64,000 nucleotides of DNA from an uncultured delta proteobacterium (GCA_963716725.1 CAVQUB010000032.1:128001-192000), one strand, 5' to 3'. Numbered from the stretch's first letter, positions 10,163 to 18,729 are shown. Notes: generated from the sequence alone by a model not told the origin. A program made the numbers and translations.

Positions 10163-10535
10163 CGTCCTGTTGCGCCTCTTGCTCGACGACGACGAGGAGC
10201 AAGCGCGTGCGGCGAGGGCTTTCCTGCGAGCGCATGCCCCGCTGTTCGTCTCGCATGTGGTGATCGTCGAGGCGTCGTGGGTGCTGTCGAGCGCATATCG
10301 GTTTTCGCGTAAACAGCTCGGGGAAGTCTTGAACATGCTGCTCGACACCGAAGGTTTGACCGTCGAGCGTCCCTCGATCGTCTCGGCAGCACTCCGCCAT
10401 TTCGGGGCATCGAGCGCTGACTTCTCCGATTGCTTGATCCTCGCGACGGCGCAGGCCGCTGCTGCCGCGCCACTCGCGACATTCGACCGAAAGCTCGCGA
10501 AGCTGTCGGGGGCACGGCAGATCGGACGCAAGTGA
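10143..10535 (+). CDS. vapC: PIN-domain VapC toxin
   Basis: DTNVLLR, VIVE, ADFSDCLI, TFDRKL acidic PIN residues. Confidence 0.88.
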   Translation: MAAADTNVLLRLLLDDDEEQARAARAFLRAHAPLFVSHVVIVEASWVLSSAYRFSRKQLGEVLNMLLDTEGLTVERPSIVSAALRHFGASSADFSDCLILATAQAAAAAPLATFDRKLAKLSGARQIGRK

Positions 10536-10610
10536 GGTGACGCAGAGCACGGGGATCGGGCTGTGGCCCCGATTGCTCCGCCGCGGCCCGCCCCCAAGCC
10601 CCCAACTTAC

Positions 10611-10705
10611 TCACGCCCCAAACCAACGCCGATCCCGAAAGCTCCCCCGCCAGCGTCACCAAGATCTCCCTCGGGTCACTGGTCTTCAACGCCGGCAACG
10701 CCGCC
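10611..10705 (-). repeat. Orphan 3' tail A of the ArsA-like ATPase gene
   Basis: Encodes AALPALKTSDPREILVTLAGELSGSALV; matches about 24483-24576. Confidence 0.9.
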
Positions 10706-10778
10706 GGCACGCGGTCGAGGCGTGGCTCGTCATGCGGATTGCCCGCACCGACACTTGCCCCGATTACGCACGCGGCGC

Positions 10779-10979
10779 ATGGTTGTGGGATGCGGGGCGG
10801 CATCGGGCATCGGGCATCGGGCACTCGTACCGCTGTTGAGCGCCCTTCTCGGCTTGGGCTCCAGCGCCTGCGCACCGGAGGGGGACGGCGCGAGCGCCGG
10901 CTACAAGGTCAAGATCTTCCTCGCCTACTGGAACGGTCCCAGCGGGACGACGTTCGGGGTCGCGTGGGACTCGTGGTGA
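10779..10979 (+). pseudogene. Internally deleted copy of the S8 peptidase lipoprotein gene
   Basis: 10740-10896 matches 21462-21681 and 10901 onward matches 23513 onward; about 1.8 kb missing, leaving signal peptide fused to the last ~25 codons. Confidence 0.8.
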
Positions 10980-10987
10980 GGGAGGCG

Positions 10988-11743
10988 ATGGTGCGGGCGG
11001 TCAGGATTTCAGCCGTGTGCCTGCTTCTGGCCGGGGTCGGCTCGAGCTGTGACGGCAACGTCGCGGGAGAGCCAGACGCCGGGGCGGCGGGCGCGGCCGG
11101 GTTCGGTGGCAGCGACGGAGCTCCGGGTGGGGGCGGTGGCGGCGCCCTCGACGGCTCCGCGGACGCCGACGGCCCCCTCGGGGCGTGCGCCGCGGAGCAG
11201 GCGGCGTTGATAGCGTTCGTGAAGGCGAACAAGGCATGCACGGCGGATGCGGACTGCGTCTTCGTCAGTGCGGAGTCCGGTATTCAGGAGCTTTGCCCGA
11301 GCCAACACATCCAGGCGGGCGGGTTCTACCTGAACGCCTCCCACGCCAAGGCAGAGTTCGAGAAGCTGGCCAATGCCCTCGACGCCTGTCTGCCTCCGCT
11401 TCTGCAGTGCAATCTGAGTCCCTTCCCGGCCGTATGCTGGCATGGGCAGTGCGAGGGCGGCCTGAGCGGCAAGACCCAATGCCTCTCAGACCTCGGCGGC
11501 GAGTCCGCATGTACGAAGTGCGCGTGTGGACCCTGCGCGTCTGCTTGCCGGGGTTTACCGGAGCGCCCCGTCGTCCTCTGTGCCCTGAAGGCCGGGTGCC
11601 TGGGCACGCCGAAGTGCGATCCGGCGTCGCCCGCCTTCCCGTGCAAAGAGATCCTCGCCAACTCGCCAGGCGAGACCTACCACTACTGCAACGAGTGCAT
11701 CGCGGACTGGCAGTGCGCGGCGGACTGCGCCGCCGGCAAGTGA
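10988..11743 (+). CDS. Cys-rich lipoprotein (copy 1, intact)
   Basis: GGAGG RBS, VGSSC lipobox, Gly linker, many Cys; paralog at 23600-24358. Confidence 0.75.
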   Translation: MVRAVRISAVCLLLAGVGSSCDGNVAGEPDAGAAGAAGFGGSDGAPGGGGGGALDGSADADGPLGACAAEQAALIAFVKANKACTADADCVFVSAESGIQELCPSQHIQAGGFYLNASHAKAEFEKLANALDACLPPLLQCNLSPFPAVCWHGQCEGGLSGKTQCLSDLGGESACTKCACGPCASACRGLPERPVVLCALKAGCLGTPKCDPASPAFPCKEILANSPGETYHYCNECIADWQCAADCAAGK

Positions 11744-11865
11744 GCGCGCAGGTTTGCGGTTGGAGTGCGCCGGCGCGACGCCACCCGACCGTGTCCTGAC
11801 CTGAACCAAGCGCAAGCGACGACCTGTGGTGGACCAGTGGCTTGCACCCTGCACGCCTCAGCGCC

Positions 11866-11985
11866 TCACCCCCCAACCAACGCCGTTCCCCCCAGCTCCC
11901 CCGCCAGCGTCACCAAGATCTCCCTCGGATCGCTGGTCTTCAAGGCAGGCAATGCAAGTAGCGGCGTCTTCTTCCGCACCATGCC
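11866..11985 (-). repeat. Orphan 3' tail B of the ArsA-like ATPase gene
   Basis: Encodes GMVRKKTPLLALPALKTSDPREILVTLAGELGGTALVGG*; matches 24483-24602. Confidence 0.9.
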
Positions 11986-12453
11986 CAACAGGGATCGCCC
12001 AACTAGCCCTTAAACAAGCGCTTGCCGAGCCCGGTCGCGAGCCGTGTGAGCGTCAGGGAGCGGGACACACCACGACTGCCGACCTGCGCGAATCGCGCCT
12101 CGGCGCCGACCCGCTGCCCAGAACTCGATGTCCCATCGGCGGTCCGCCTCGAACCCCTTGCCGACACGGACGTGCCATTCGCTCATCAGGAGCGGATCGT
12201 AGCATCCGGTCGTAGCTCGGCCAACACGCCCGCGGCGTACCGCAACTGCGACTCGGTGCCGCCTGCGCCGACGATGCCTTCGACGCGCGTGAGCCGATTC
12301 GGGACGGACCAGTCGAGCACGGGCCCGCTGGAGCCGAGCGTCGCGTATCCAGCCCCACCCGACCGCAACAGCGACATCGAACGGCTCCCAGCACTCGAAA
12401 ACCTCGGGAATTTCGCGGTTCGGAAAGTCGAGTTGCAGGCCCGCGCAACCCTG

Positions 12454-12479
12454 GAAAGCCCTGTGACCGCAGGGCTTTC
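12454..12479. terminator. Hairpin, possible terminator
   Basis: GAAAGCCCTG-N6-CAGGGCTTTC, 10-bp stem. Confidence 0.45.
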
Positions 12480-12521
12480 GCGTTTCTGCCACCTGCTTTG
12501 AACTTCGACCGTCGAGCCGCG

Positions 12522-12683
12522 ATGAGCAACGGCGAGAACGCGGACAATGAGAGGACGGCCGCGGTGCTCCCCGCCGCGATCGACGAAGGGATCGCCGAGC
12601 TCGATGCGGGTCTTGGGCAAGAGACGACCGAGGAGCTGATGGACGAGCTCCGTCGCGACGTGGGTCACCGTGGATGTCAGCGT
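12522..12683 (+). pseudogene. ParD-like antitoxin fragment
   Basis: AAIDEGIAELDAGLG...EELMDELR resembles the C-terminus of ParD-type antitoxins; no partner toxin. Confidence 0.35.
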
Positions 12684-12709
12684 GAGGCAGGCTCGTCCAA
12701 CGCGTCATC

Positions 12710-13024
12710 ATGCTCGACCTGTTCATCCCGCCATCCGCGCGACGGCTGGTTCGCTACACCGTGCCCATCAACGTCCGCTTTGGCGCTGACCGTCTCCGCC
12801 TCGCCTGCAAACGCGACCTCGGGCTGACGCTCGATCCGGCGACCGCCGTGCGCTTTCATAATCGAAGGAAGGATACGCTCGTGCTCTACACGCGCGATCA
12901 GAGCGGTAATCGCTGCATCGCGAAGAAGCTGGAGCGAGGCGCGTTCCTCCTCCCCGTTCCTGCGGAGGGCCAGAAGTGCGTGGTGCTCAACGCCTCGAAG
13001 GTCGCGAGTCTGTTTCGCACGTGA
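12710..13024 (+). CDS. IS66-type accessory protein (TnpB/Orf2-like), stand-alone
   Basis: PINVRFGADRL...FHNRRKDTLVLY...KKLERGAF pattern; no IS66 transposase nearby. Confidence 0.65.
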   Translation: MLDLFIPPSARRLVRYTVPINVRFGADRLRLACKRDLGLTLDPATAVRFHNRRKDTLVLYTRDQSGNRCIAKKLERGAFLLPVPAEGQKCVVLNASKVASLFRT

Positions 13025-13073
13025 TCGCGCCCGGAGCGCGCCCCTGCGATCCTGATCGGGCATGGTGGTGTAG

Positions 13074-13880
13074 ATGGCCTCCACGCACGTGTCCGACAGC
13101 GCCGAGCAGAGACGCGCCGAAGCCTTCGTGCTCAAGGCACTCGGGACGAAGCTTGGAGTCGAGCTCCTGCCACGCACGTTGCAGTTGCCGGACGGCTCAC
13201 TCGTCGAGATCGACGGAGGCGCGGACGGCCCGCCGCCGATTCTCGCGGAAGTCTACGCCCTCCAGGGTCGGCTGAAGGGAAGCCAACCGGACAAGCTGCT
13301 TGCCGACGCATTCAAGCTGGTGGCCGCACGCAGGCTCGCGATCCCCTGCGGCCACGCCCGCCTTCTGCTCGTCCTGACTGACGACGACGCTGCCCGCGGG
13401 TTGCGAGGTGGCTGGAGAAAGGCCGCGCTCACCGCGATGGAGGTCGAGGTGCACGTGGTCGCGCTCCCGACCGACATCGCAGCGGGGGTTCGGTCCGCCC
13501 AGAAGCGGCAGCAGATGGTGAACGCGGCCAAGCAGGGCGCCGGATCTGCGTTGCCTCCTCGCCAAAACGAGCGACTTCTCGGGCTGCACAGGATGGTGGC
13601 CGTTCCAACGCAAACCGGGCATCCTTTCATCATGCACGCGCACGCGAACGACCTCGCATCGGCAATCCCAAGCGCGCCGTTCGATGACCTCGACCTCGAC
13701 CGTCCCGAGGACGAGGAGGAGTGGGAGCGCCGGGTGATGGCGCTCGCCGCCGCGCGCATCGCGGCCGAGCGCGTCCGCCTCCAACGGCTCGGCATCATCG
13801 ACGCGAACGGCGATCTCGTCTCGCGCGAGTTGCCGCCGGACATGCTGCCCGACTCGGATACGACGCTCGAAACCGGCTGA
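13074..13880 (+). CDS. Restriction-endonuclease-like fold protein running in frame into a small acidic putative antitoxin (second start 13632)
   Basis: AE...VEIDG...LAEVY pattern in the first ~150 aa; final 82 aa form a distinct acidic module just upstream of the zeta-like ATPase. Confidence 0.5.
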   Translation: MASTHVSDSAEQRRAEAFVLKALGTKLGVELLPRTLQLPDGSLVEIDGGADGPPPILAEVYALQGRLKGSQPDKLLADAFKLVAARRLAIPCGHARLLLVLTDDDAARGLRGGWRKAALTAMEVEVHVVALPTDIAAGVRSAQKRQQMVNAAKQGAGSALPPRQNERLLGLHRMVAVPTQTGHPFIMHAHANDLASAIPSAPFDDLDLDRPEDEEEWERRVMALAAARIAAERVRLQRLGIIDANGDLVSRELPPDMLPDSDTTLETG

Positions 13881-13886
13881 CCCGCG

Positions 13887-14471
13887 ATGTCGCAGCCGCG
13901 CATGATCGTCGTCGCCGGCCCCCCAGGCAGCGGCAAGACGAGGTTCTTCCCGGTCACGGGTTTCGGCGTCGATGCGTTCAACATCGACGACCGGTGCGCG
14001 CAGATCCTCGGGAGCTACCGCGCGATCCCGCGCGATGTCCGACGCGCCGTCGCGAAGGAGTGCGAGCGATTCGTCCTCGATCACATCATGCGACGGGAGT
14101 CGTTCGCGGTCGAGACGACGCTTCGGACCACGGCCGCGATCGGGCAAGCGGAGCTCGCACGCAAGAACGGCTTCGCCACCTTGATGCGCTTCGTCGCCAC
14201 GGACTCGATCGCCGAGAACGTGGCGCGCGTGCTGCAACGCGCGCAGGCGGGCGGCCACGGCGCGTCCGAGCGCGAGATCCGCGCGATCCATCAAGCGAGC
14301 GTCGAGAATCTCCGGAAGGCAGTCGGTACCTTCGAGCGCGTTCGTGTCTACGACTCGACCACACGATGGACGCCACCCCGGCTCGTCGCAGTCGCGCGCG
14401 GCGGGCGGCTCGTGGTTCAGGGAGCGACCCCCGGCTGGCTCGAAGCCGCGCTCGCGAACGGCGATGCGTGA
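13887..14471 (+). CDS. Zeta-toxin-like P-loop ATPase/kinase
   Basis: GPPGSGKT Walker A, SFAVETT, RAQAGGH motifs. Confidence 0.8.
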   Translation: MSQPRMIVVAGPPGSGKTRFFPVTGFGVDAFNIDDRCAQILGSYRAIPRDVRRAVAKECERFVLDHIMRRESFAVETTLRTTAAIGQAELARKNGFATLMRFVATDSIAENVARVLQRAQAGGHGASEREIRAIHQASVENLRKAVGTFERVRVYDSTTRWTPPRLVAVARGGRLVVQGATPGWLEAALANGDA

Positions 14472-14826
14472 CTCACCGCCCAATCGCGATCGACCCAGCG
14501 AACGCTACCCAGACCTCGGAAACCCCCCGAAACTGCTGGGCAGGAAAGTCGAGTTGCTCGTGCACAGCACCCGGTCGGCCAGTGCCTGATCCGGAGCCTG
14601 ATGGTGCCCGCTGGCTCTTTGGCGAGCCGAAAGCAGCGCCCATCCGCCCGCTTCCGAACCGGCTCGACGAGCCAGGCTGAGGGCCGTGGAATCAGACGCG
14701 GGCACGGCATGCCAGGCGCTGGGCGGAAGGACGGGAACGGGCCCCAGCTCAAAAGGCACTCACCCCGCCACCAACGCCGTTCCCCCCAGCTCCCCCGCGA
14801 GCGTCACCAGGATCTCCCGCGGGTCA

Positions 14827-15333
14827 CTAGTGCCGCGCGGCCGAAGTTCGAGTGGATTCGCCCCTGAGACCTGCGCTCATTTGGGCTCTCACAGGAAGGG
14901 CGGAAGAGCGGAAGGATTTGGGGGGGTCAGGCGTGAGCCCCCGCAGGCCATTTCTGAGCGCGGTCACGTTGAAGTTGACGAGCAGGCCGCCAGGCAACTG
15001 CGAAAGGCGCAGATAGGTGATGACCTGCGCTTCGTGAATCGGGAGCAGCCGCTCGACCGCCCCGAGCTCCAGGAGGATATGATCTGGAAGCGACCAGGTC
15101 GAGGCGATAGGCGCAGTCAAGGTGCACGCCTTTTTGGCGGATTGGTAGCGGATTGGTAGCGGTCGCTGCCGCTCGAACCTGAGCCGTCGTTCGGACAGCT
15201 CGGCAGATAGACAGGCCTCGTATGCGGATTCCATCTGCCCTGGACCGAGATGCCGATGCACCTCGATCAGCGCACCGATCACCTCGTCCGTCCCATCCCC
15301 AAATCTTCCGAGCTTTCGCCCTTCCTGTGCCAT
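14827..15333 (-). pseudogene. GxxExxY protein, degenerate
   Basis: EVHRHLGPGQMESAYEACL and AQVITYL...GLLVNF; an 11-bp duplication near 15137-15160 shifts KGVHLDCAYRLDLV out of frame. Confidence 0.8.
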
Positions 15334-15466
15334 CCCCGTGCGAGCGGAACCGTCGGACGACCACCGTGCGCTCGGCCCGCGAACGCGCTGTAGTCGATCA
15401 TGTCACCCCACTACACCGACGACACGCACACGGAAAAGAAACCAGCGAAACTTCTGCCGCGCGCCA
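14831..15466. mobile_element. 636-bp non-autonomous IS630-like element (MITE) inserted at CTAG
   Basis: TIRs TGCCGCGCGGCCGAAGTT and TGGCGCGCGGCAGAAGTT (16/18), CTAG on both sides, empty site reconstructable from the other copies. Confidence 0.8.
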
Positions 15467-16352
15467 CTAGTCTTCAACGCCGGCAACGCCGCCAGCGGCG
15501 TCTTCTTCGGCACCATGCCGGCCAGCGCGGTCAGCGCCTGCCGCGTCTGACCTTCCCGCGCCCCGAACTCCCTCCGATACGCGGCGATCGCGTCGCCGAG
15601 GGCGGGCTCACTGCCGATGCGCGCTTCGATTTCAGAAATCCACGCGGGCGTCGCGCCCACCGCGCGATTCAGCAACACCGCGGTCGCATCCAGCGATCGA
15701 TCCCGGAGCTGGCCGATCAGGTACTCCGCGTCGTCGAGGGAGCTGCCGCTCGGGCCGGTCACGACCACGTAGCGCGTGCTCCCTCTTCAGGGACTTGCCC
15801 CTCCGGGCACTTCCCAGGGTCGTCCCAGGGTCGTGGGCAGCGCGATGCGCTTCTCGACGTTGCGCACTAAGTGCAGCCACTTCTCGCGCACCGGCATGAA
15901 CTCCCCGAACAGCGCCGCGATGTCCCGGATCGCGATGGCGCCGACCACGTTCGAGACCAGGTTGTTCCTGCCTCCCCTCGTCTCGCTTCGCTCGCCGGTC
16001 CCCTCCAAGCCCGGTGCGCGCGAGGGGTGGCGTCATGTCAGAAACGCGCACGCCTTGCCGACGCTCGCGCGCACGCGGGCGGAGGGGACGCGTTGCTCCG
16101 GGTGAGTGGCGTTCGTATTCGCCGGGCGTAGGTGGTCCCGAACGGAGCCATGTGGTGGCTCTGGCTGTAGAACTCCTTGAACGCTTCGGCGCAGCGGCGC
16201 CACCTCATAGTCGGGTGGAGGGGACGCGTCGCTCCGCGCTGGGTGCGCGCTCGCCACCTGTGGGCAAGGCTCGCGAGTGGATCAAGCCGTCCTCGGGCCG
16301 TGAGGCATTTGCCGGATGGCGTCGAGCGCCCGAACGAGGACACCGAGGTGGA

Positions 16353-16649
16353 TCACGATCCCGCCGCGGCAGGCCGCCCGGGGTGGATCAGTCGGTGGCC
16401 CGCGAATGGATCAGTCTTAAGCCGCCGCCAAAGCTCGGGCGTCCTGCGATCCTGCTCCCAGTTAAGAAGCGTGTGCACGCTGATCCCGAGCGGCTCGGCG
16501 AACTTCGCCTGACTCAGCCCGATGAATCGCCGTAGGGCAGCGACGTCCCCCGGTTCAAGCTCTCCACGCATGATGCGCTCGCGCTGGCTCCGCCGCAGGT
16601 GTCGTGCAAAGTCGGCTCGGGTGAGTTCACGGGTAGACTTCATGACCAC
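16353..16649 (-). pseudogene. XRE/HigA-like HTH antitoxin truncated at its C-terminus by an IS21-like end
   Basis: LRRFIGLSQAKFAEPLGISVHTLLNWEQDRRTPE, then foreign sequence. Confidence 0.65.
16381..16430 (-). mobile_element. IS21-like terminus
   Basis: TG...ACTGATCCA-N-ACTGATCCA reiterated motifs as in IS21 ends; joins the truncated HTH gene. Confidence 0.45.
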
Positions 16650-16688
16650 TTGATGCCGCTCGCTCGCAGCACTTCGCGCGGAACTTCC

Positions 16689-17180
16689 TCAAGCAACCGC
16701 TTGCCACTCGCGCCCCGAAACACGGAGGTTGATCTTCGCCGGCTCGTGACTGTTGGAGTCGATGTTCGCCAACTTCTCCAGTGGGTACTCCTCAATGGGA
16801 CGACCGTGCACCACCATCATGCGGAGAAGCCGGTCGGACTGCTCTCCGATCGGAAGGGCATCGTTCTCCCACTTGGAGAGAATGGTCGGATCCACACCAA
16901 CATGGCGGGCAAAATCGACCCCCGAAAACCCGAGTATCTTCCGCAAGAATCGTACCTCCATCCCCGTGAGCCGGCTCGGCTTCATGGTGACGGCGAGTGC
17001 GATGGCTCGATGAAGATGTTCCACGGCGGAGATGATCACCACGTGCTCTTTGCACATGGGGCAGCGGCGCACCTCCACGTTGTCGAGCCACACATTCGGG
17101 AGCCCCGAATCGGTGTAGTTCACGCGCTCTCGCCCGCTAACGAGATCGCCTTTGCCGCACGCTCTGCACTTTCGTTTCAT
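16689..17180 (-). CDS. MqsA/YgiT-type zinc-finger + HTH antitoxin
   Basis: CRAC...CPMC zinc ribbon; LTGMEVRFLRKILG...LSKWEN HTH. Confidence 0.85.
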   Translation of the reverse strand: MKRKCRACGKGDLVSGRERVNYTDSGLPNVWLDNVEVRRCPMCKEHVVIISAVEHLHRAIALAVTMKPSRLTGMEVRFLRKILGFSGVDFARHVGVDPTILSKWENDALPIGEQSDRLLRMMVVHGRPIEEYPLEKLANIDSNSHEPAKINLRVSGREWQAVA

Positions 17181-17479
17181 GGCTGTGATCTCCAAACCGT
17201 CACGACGACCAGCTCGATGTCGTTCTCATCCTCCGCCTCATCGGGGGCAGGCTCGAAGGCAACGACCACCGTGATCCGCTGCGTTCGAACCCGATATCGC
17301 CAGTCTCCGTTCTCGTGCTCCGCCTCGCTGACCGTGCCGGCGCGGAGCACGTTGACGATGTCGACGTCGTTGAGCTGGTCCTTGTCGCGTTCCCTTCGGG
17401 CGTGAGGCGTCAGGTGGAAACTCCCCGCCTGCATGAGCTGGCGGATGAGCCTCTTCGCATCGTCTTTCCGAAGAGGCAC
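17177..17479 (-). CDS. DUF4258-like (RelE-fold) toxin
   Basis: FHLTPHARRE...DIVNVLRAG...WRYRV...VVVTVW; ATGA overlap with the antitoxin. Confidence 0.75.
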   Translation of the reverse strand: MPLRKDDAKRLIRQLMQAGSFHLTPHARRERDKDQLNDVDIVNVLRAGTVSEAEHENGDWRYRVRTQRITVVVAFEPAPDEAEDENDIELVVVTVWRSQP

Positions 17480-17486
17480 CCATAGG

Positions 17487-17515
17487 AAGCCTAGCCAGGC
17501 TTGGTAAATTGTCAA
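17487..17515 (-). promoter_or_regulatory. Promoter with operator for the DUF4258/MqsA module
   Basis: TTGACA-N16-TAGGCT on the minus strand; palindrome AAGCCT-N4-AGGCTT (17487-17502) overlaps the -10. Confidence 0.6.
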
Positions 17516-17652
17516 GATGGGCACCTGCTGCCAAACGCCCGACGCAGGGCTCAAATCAGCTTGTCCAGTCCACGCGTGGCGTGATCTGCGGTGGACCGGG
17601 TGTCTGCGGATCACGGTGAGGGCAACTACTCCGATCAACTACCCGAGGTGCT

Positions 17653-17985
17653 GCGTCTGACCTTCCCGCGCCCCGAACTCCCTCCGGTACGCCGCGATCG
17701 CGTCGCCGAGGGCGGGCTCTGCGCCAACGCGCGCTTCCAGCTCGGGGATCCACGCCGGCGTCGCGCCCACCGCGCGATTCAACAGCACCGCGGTCGCGTC
17801 CAGCGATCGATCCCGGAGCTGGCCGATCAGGTACGCGGCGTCGTCGAGGGAGCTGCCGCTCGGCCCGGTGACCACCACGTAGCGCGTGCCGGGCAGCGCG
17901 ATGCGCTTCTCGACGTTGCGCACCAGGTGCAGCCACTTCTCGCGCACCGGCATGAACTCCCCGAACAGCGCGGCGATGTCCCGGA
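17653..17985 (-). repeat. Orphan 3'-region copy D of the ArsA-like ATPase gene (333 bp, lacks the last ~143 bp)
   Basis: Ungapped match to 24626-24958; translation nearly identical. Confidence 0.92.
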
Positions 17986-17993
17986 GCGACGGC

Positions 17994-18150
17994 TGCGGGT
18001 AGTGAAAACCCAACCTCGCCGGGAGAATCGTGATCACGCTGCGAGCCTGTTGTATCGGCGGTGCAATCCGCCGACCCTCGGAAGCTCGACGACGCGACCC
18101 ACCGAGCGAAGCTCGAGGGGACGCGACTCCGGGCAGTCGTTGGCGAGGTG
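17994..18150 (-). mobile_element. Integrase-core transposase 3' remnant with IS end
   Basis: GRVVELPRVGGLHRRYNRLAA* C-terminal motif followed by GTTTTCACTACCCGCA. Confidence 0.55.
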
Positions 18151-18284
18151 TGGCTTCGGCGCGACCAGGTTGCGGATGGGCGAAGTAGCCACGACAACGC
18201 GCCCTACTCGCCTAAGTTCGCCCATCCGCTTTGGTCTGGCGAGCCTCTTGCTTCCCCGTGCGGGCGAGCCAGAAGCGCGGTACC

Positions 18285-18533
18285 ATGACCGGCATGCACG
18301 CGCGGAAGCTGCGAGTTGCCAACGGTCGGCTGGTGCTCGATGAACCCACGAACCTGCCCGACGGCGCGGAGGTGGAAGTCGTTGTCATCGACGACGGACT
18401 GAGCGCCGAGGAGCGCGCAGACCTCCACGCCTCGCTGGACCGCGCACTGGACGACTCAGAAGCGGGTCGAGGAATGGACGCTTGGGAATACCTGGAGCAG
18501 TATCGAGCCCGTCGTGAAGCTCGTCCTGCTTGA
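18285..18533 (+). CDS. Putative antitoxin
   Basis: NGRLVLDEPTNLPDGAEVEV...LDRALDDSEAGRG; overlaps a ParE-like gene. Confidence 0.7.
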   Translation: MTGMHARKLRVANGRLVLDEPTNLPDGAEVEVVVIDDGLSAEERADLHASLDRALDDSEAGRGMDAWEYLEQYRARREARPA

Positions 18534-18729
18534 AGAGGCGCAGCGGCAATTTGCAGCTGAGGACGCTTGGTGGCGCGAGAACCCCGACGCGAAGAACCTG
18601 TTCATCGAAGAATTCTCCGCGATGAGCTAATCCAACGCACGCTGATGAAGAAGGCCCGCTGCCACGTCTACTACTTCCACGACCAAGAGCAGGGCGTCAT
18701 CGAAGTCCACTCGGTCTGGGGTGGTCGCC
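18514..18729 (+). pseudogene. RelE/ParE-family toxin, frameshifted and cut by IS21
   Basis: VKLVLLEEAQRQFAAEDAWWREN...FIEEF, shift, ...HVYYFHD...IEVHSVWG. Confidence 0.65.

Larger units (their letters stand above)
14760..15962 (-). repeat. Orphan 3' tail C of the ArsA-like ATPase gene (509 bp, interrupted twice)
   Basis: After removing the 14831-15470 insertion and the 54-bp 15781-15834 insertion it is collinear with 24483-24991. Confidence 0.92.

Noticed and set aside
12050..12186. Small minus-strand ORF MSEWHVRVGKGFEADRRWDIEFW as a TA component
   Set aside because: Frameshifted, no partner gene, resemblance too weak
10611..17985. Repeats as a CRISPR array or integron attC sites
   Set aside because: They are protein-coding gene fragments of unequal length with kb-scale spacing; no cas or intI gene and no attC structure seen
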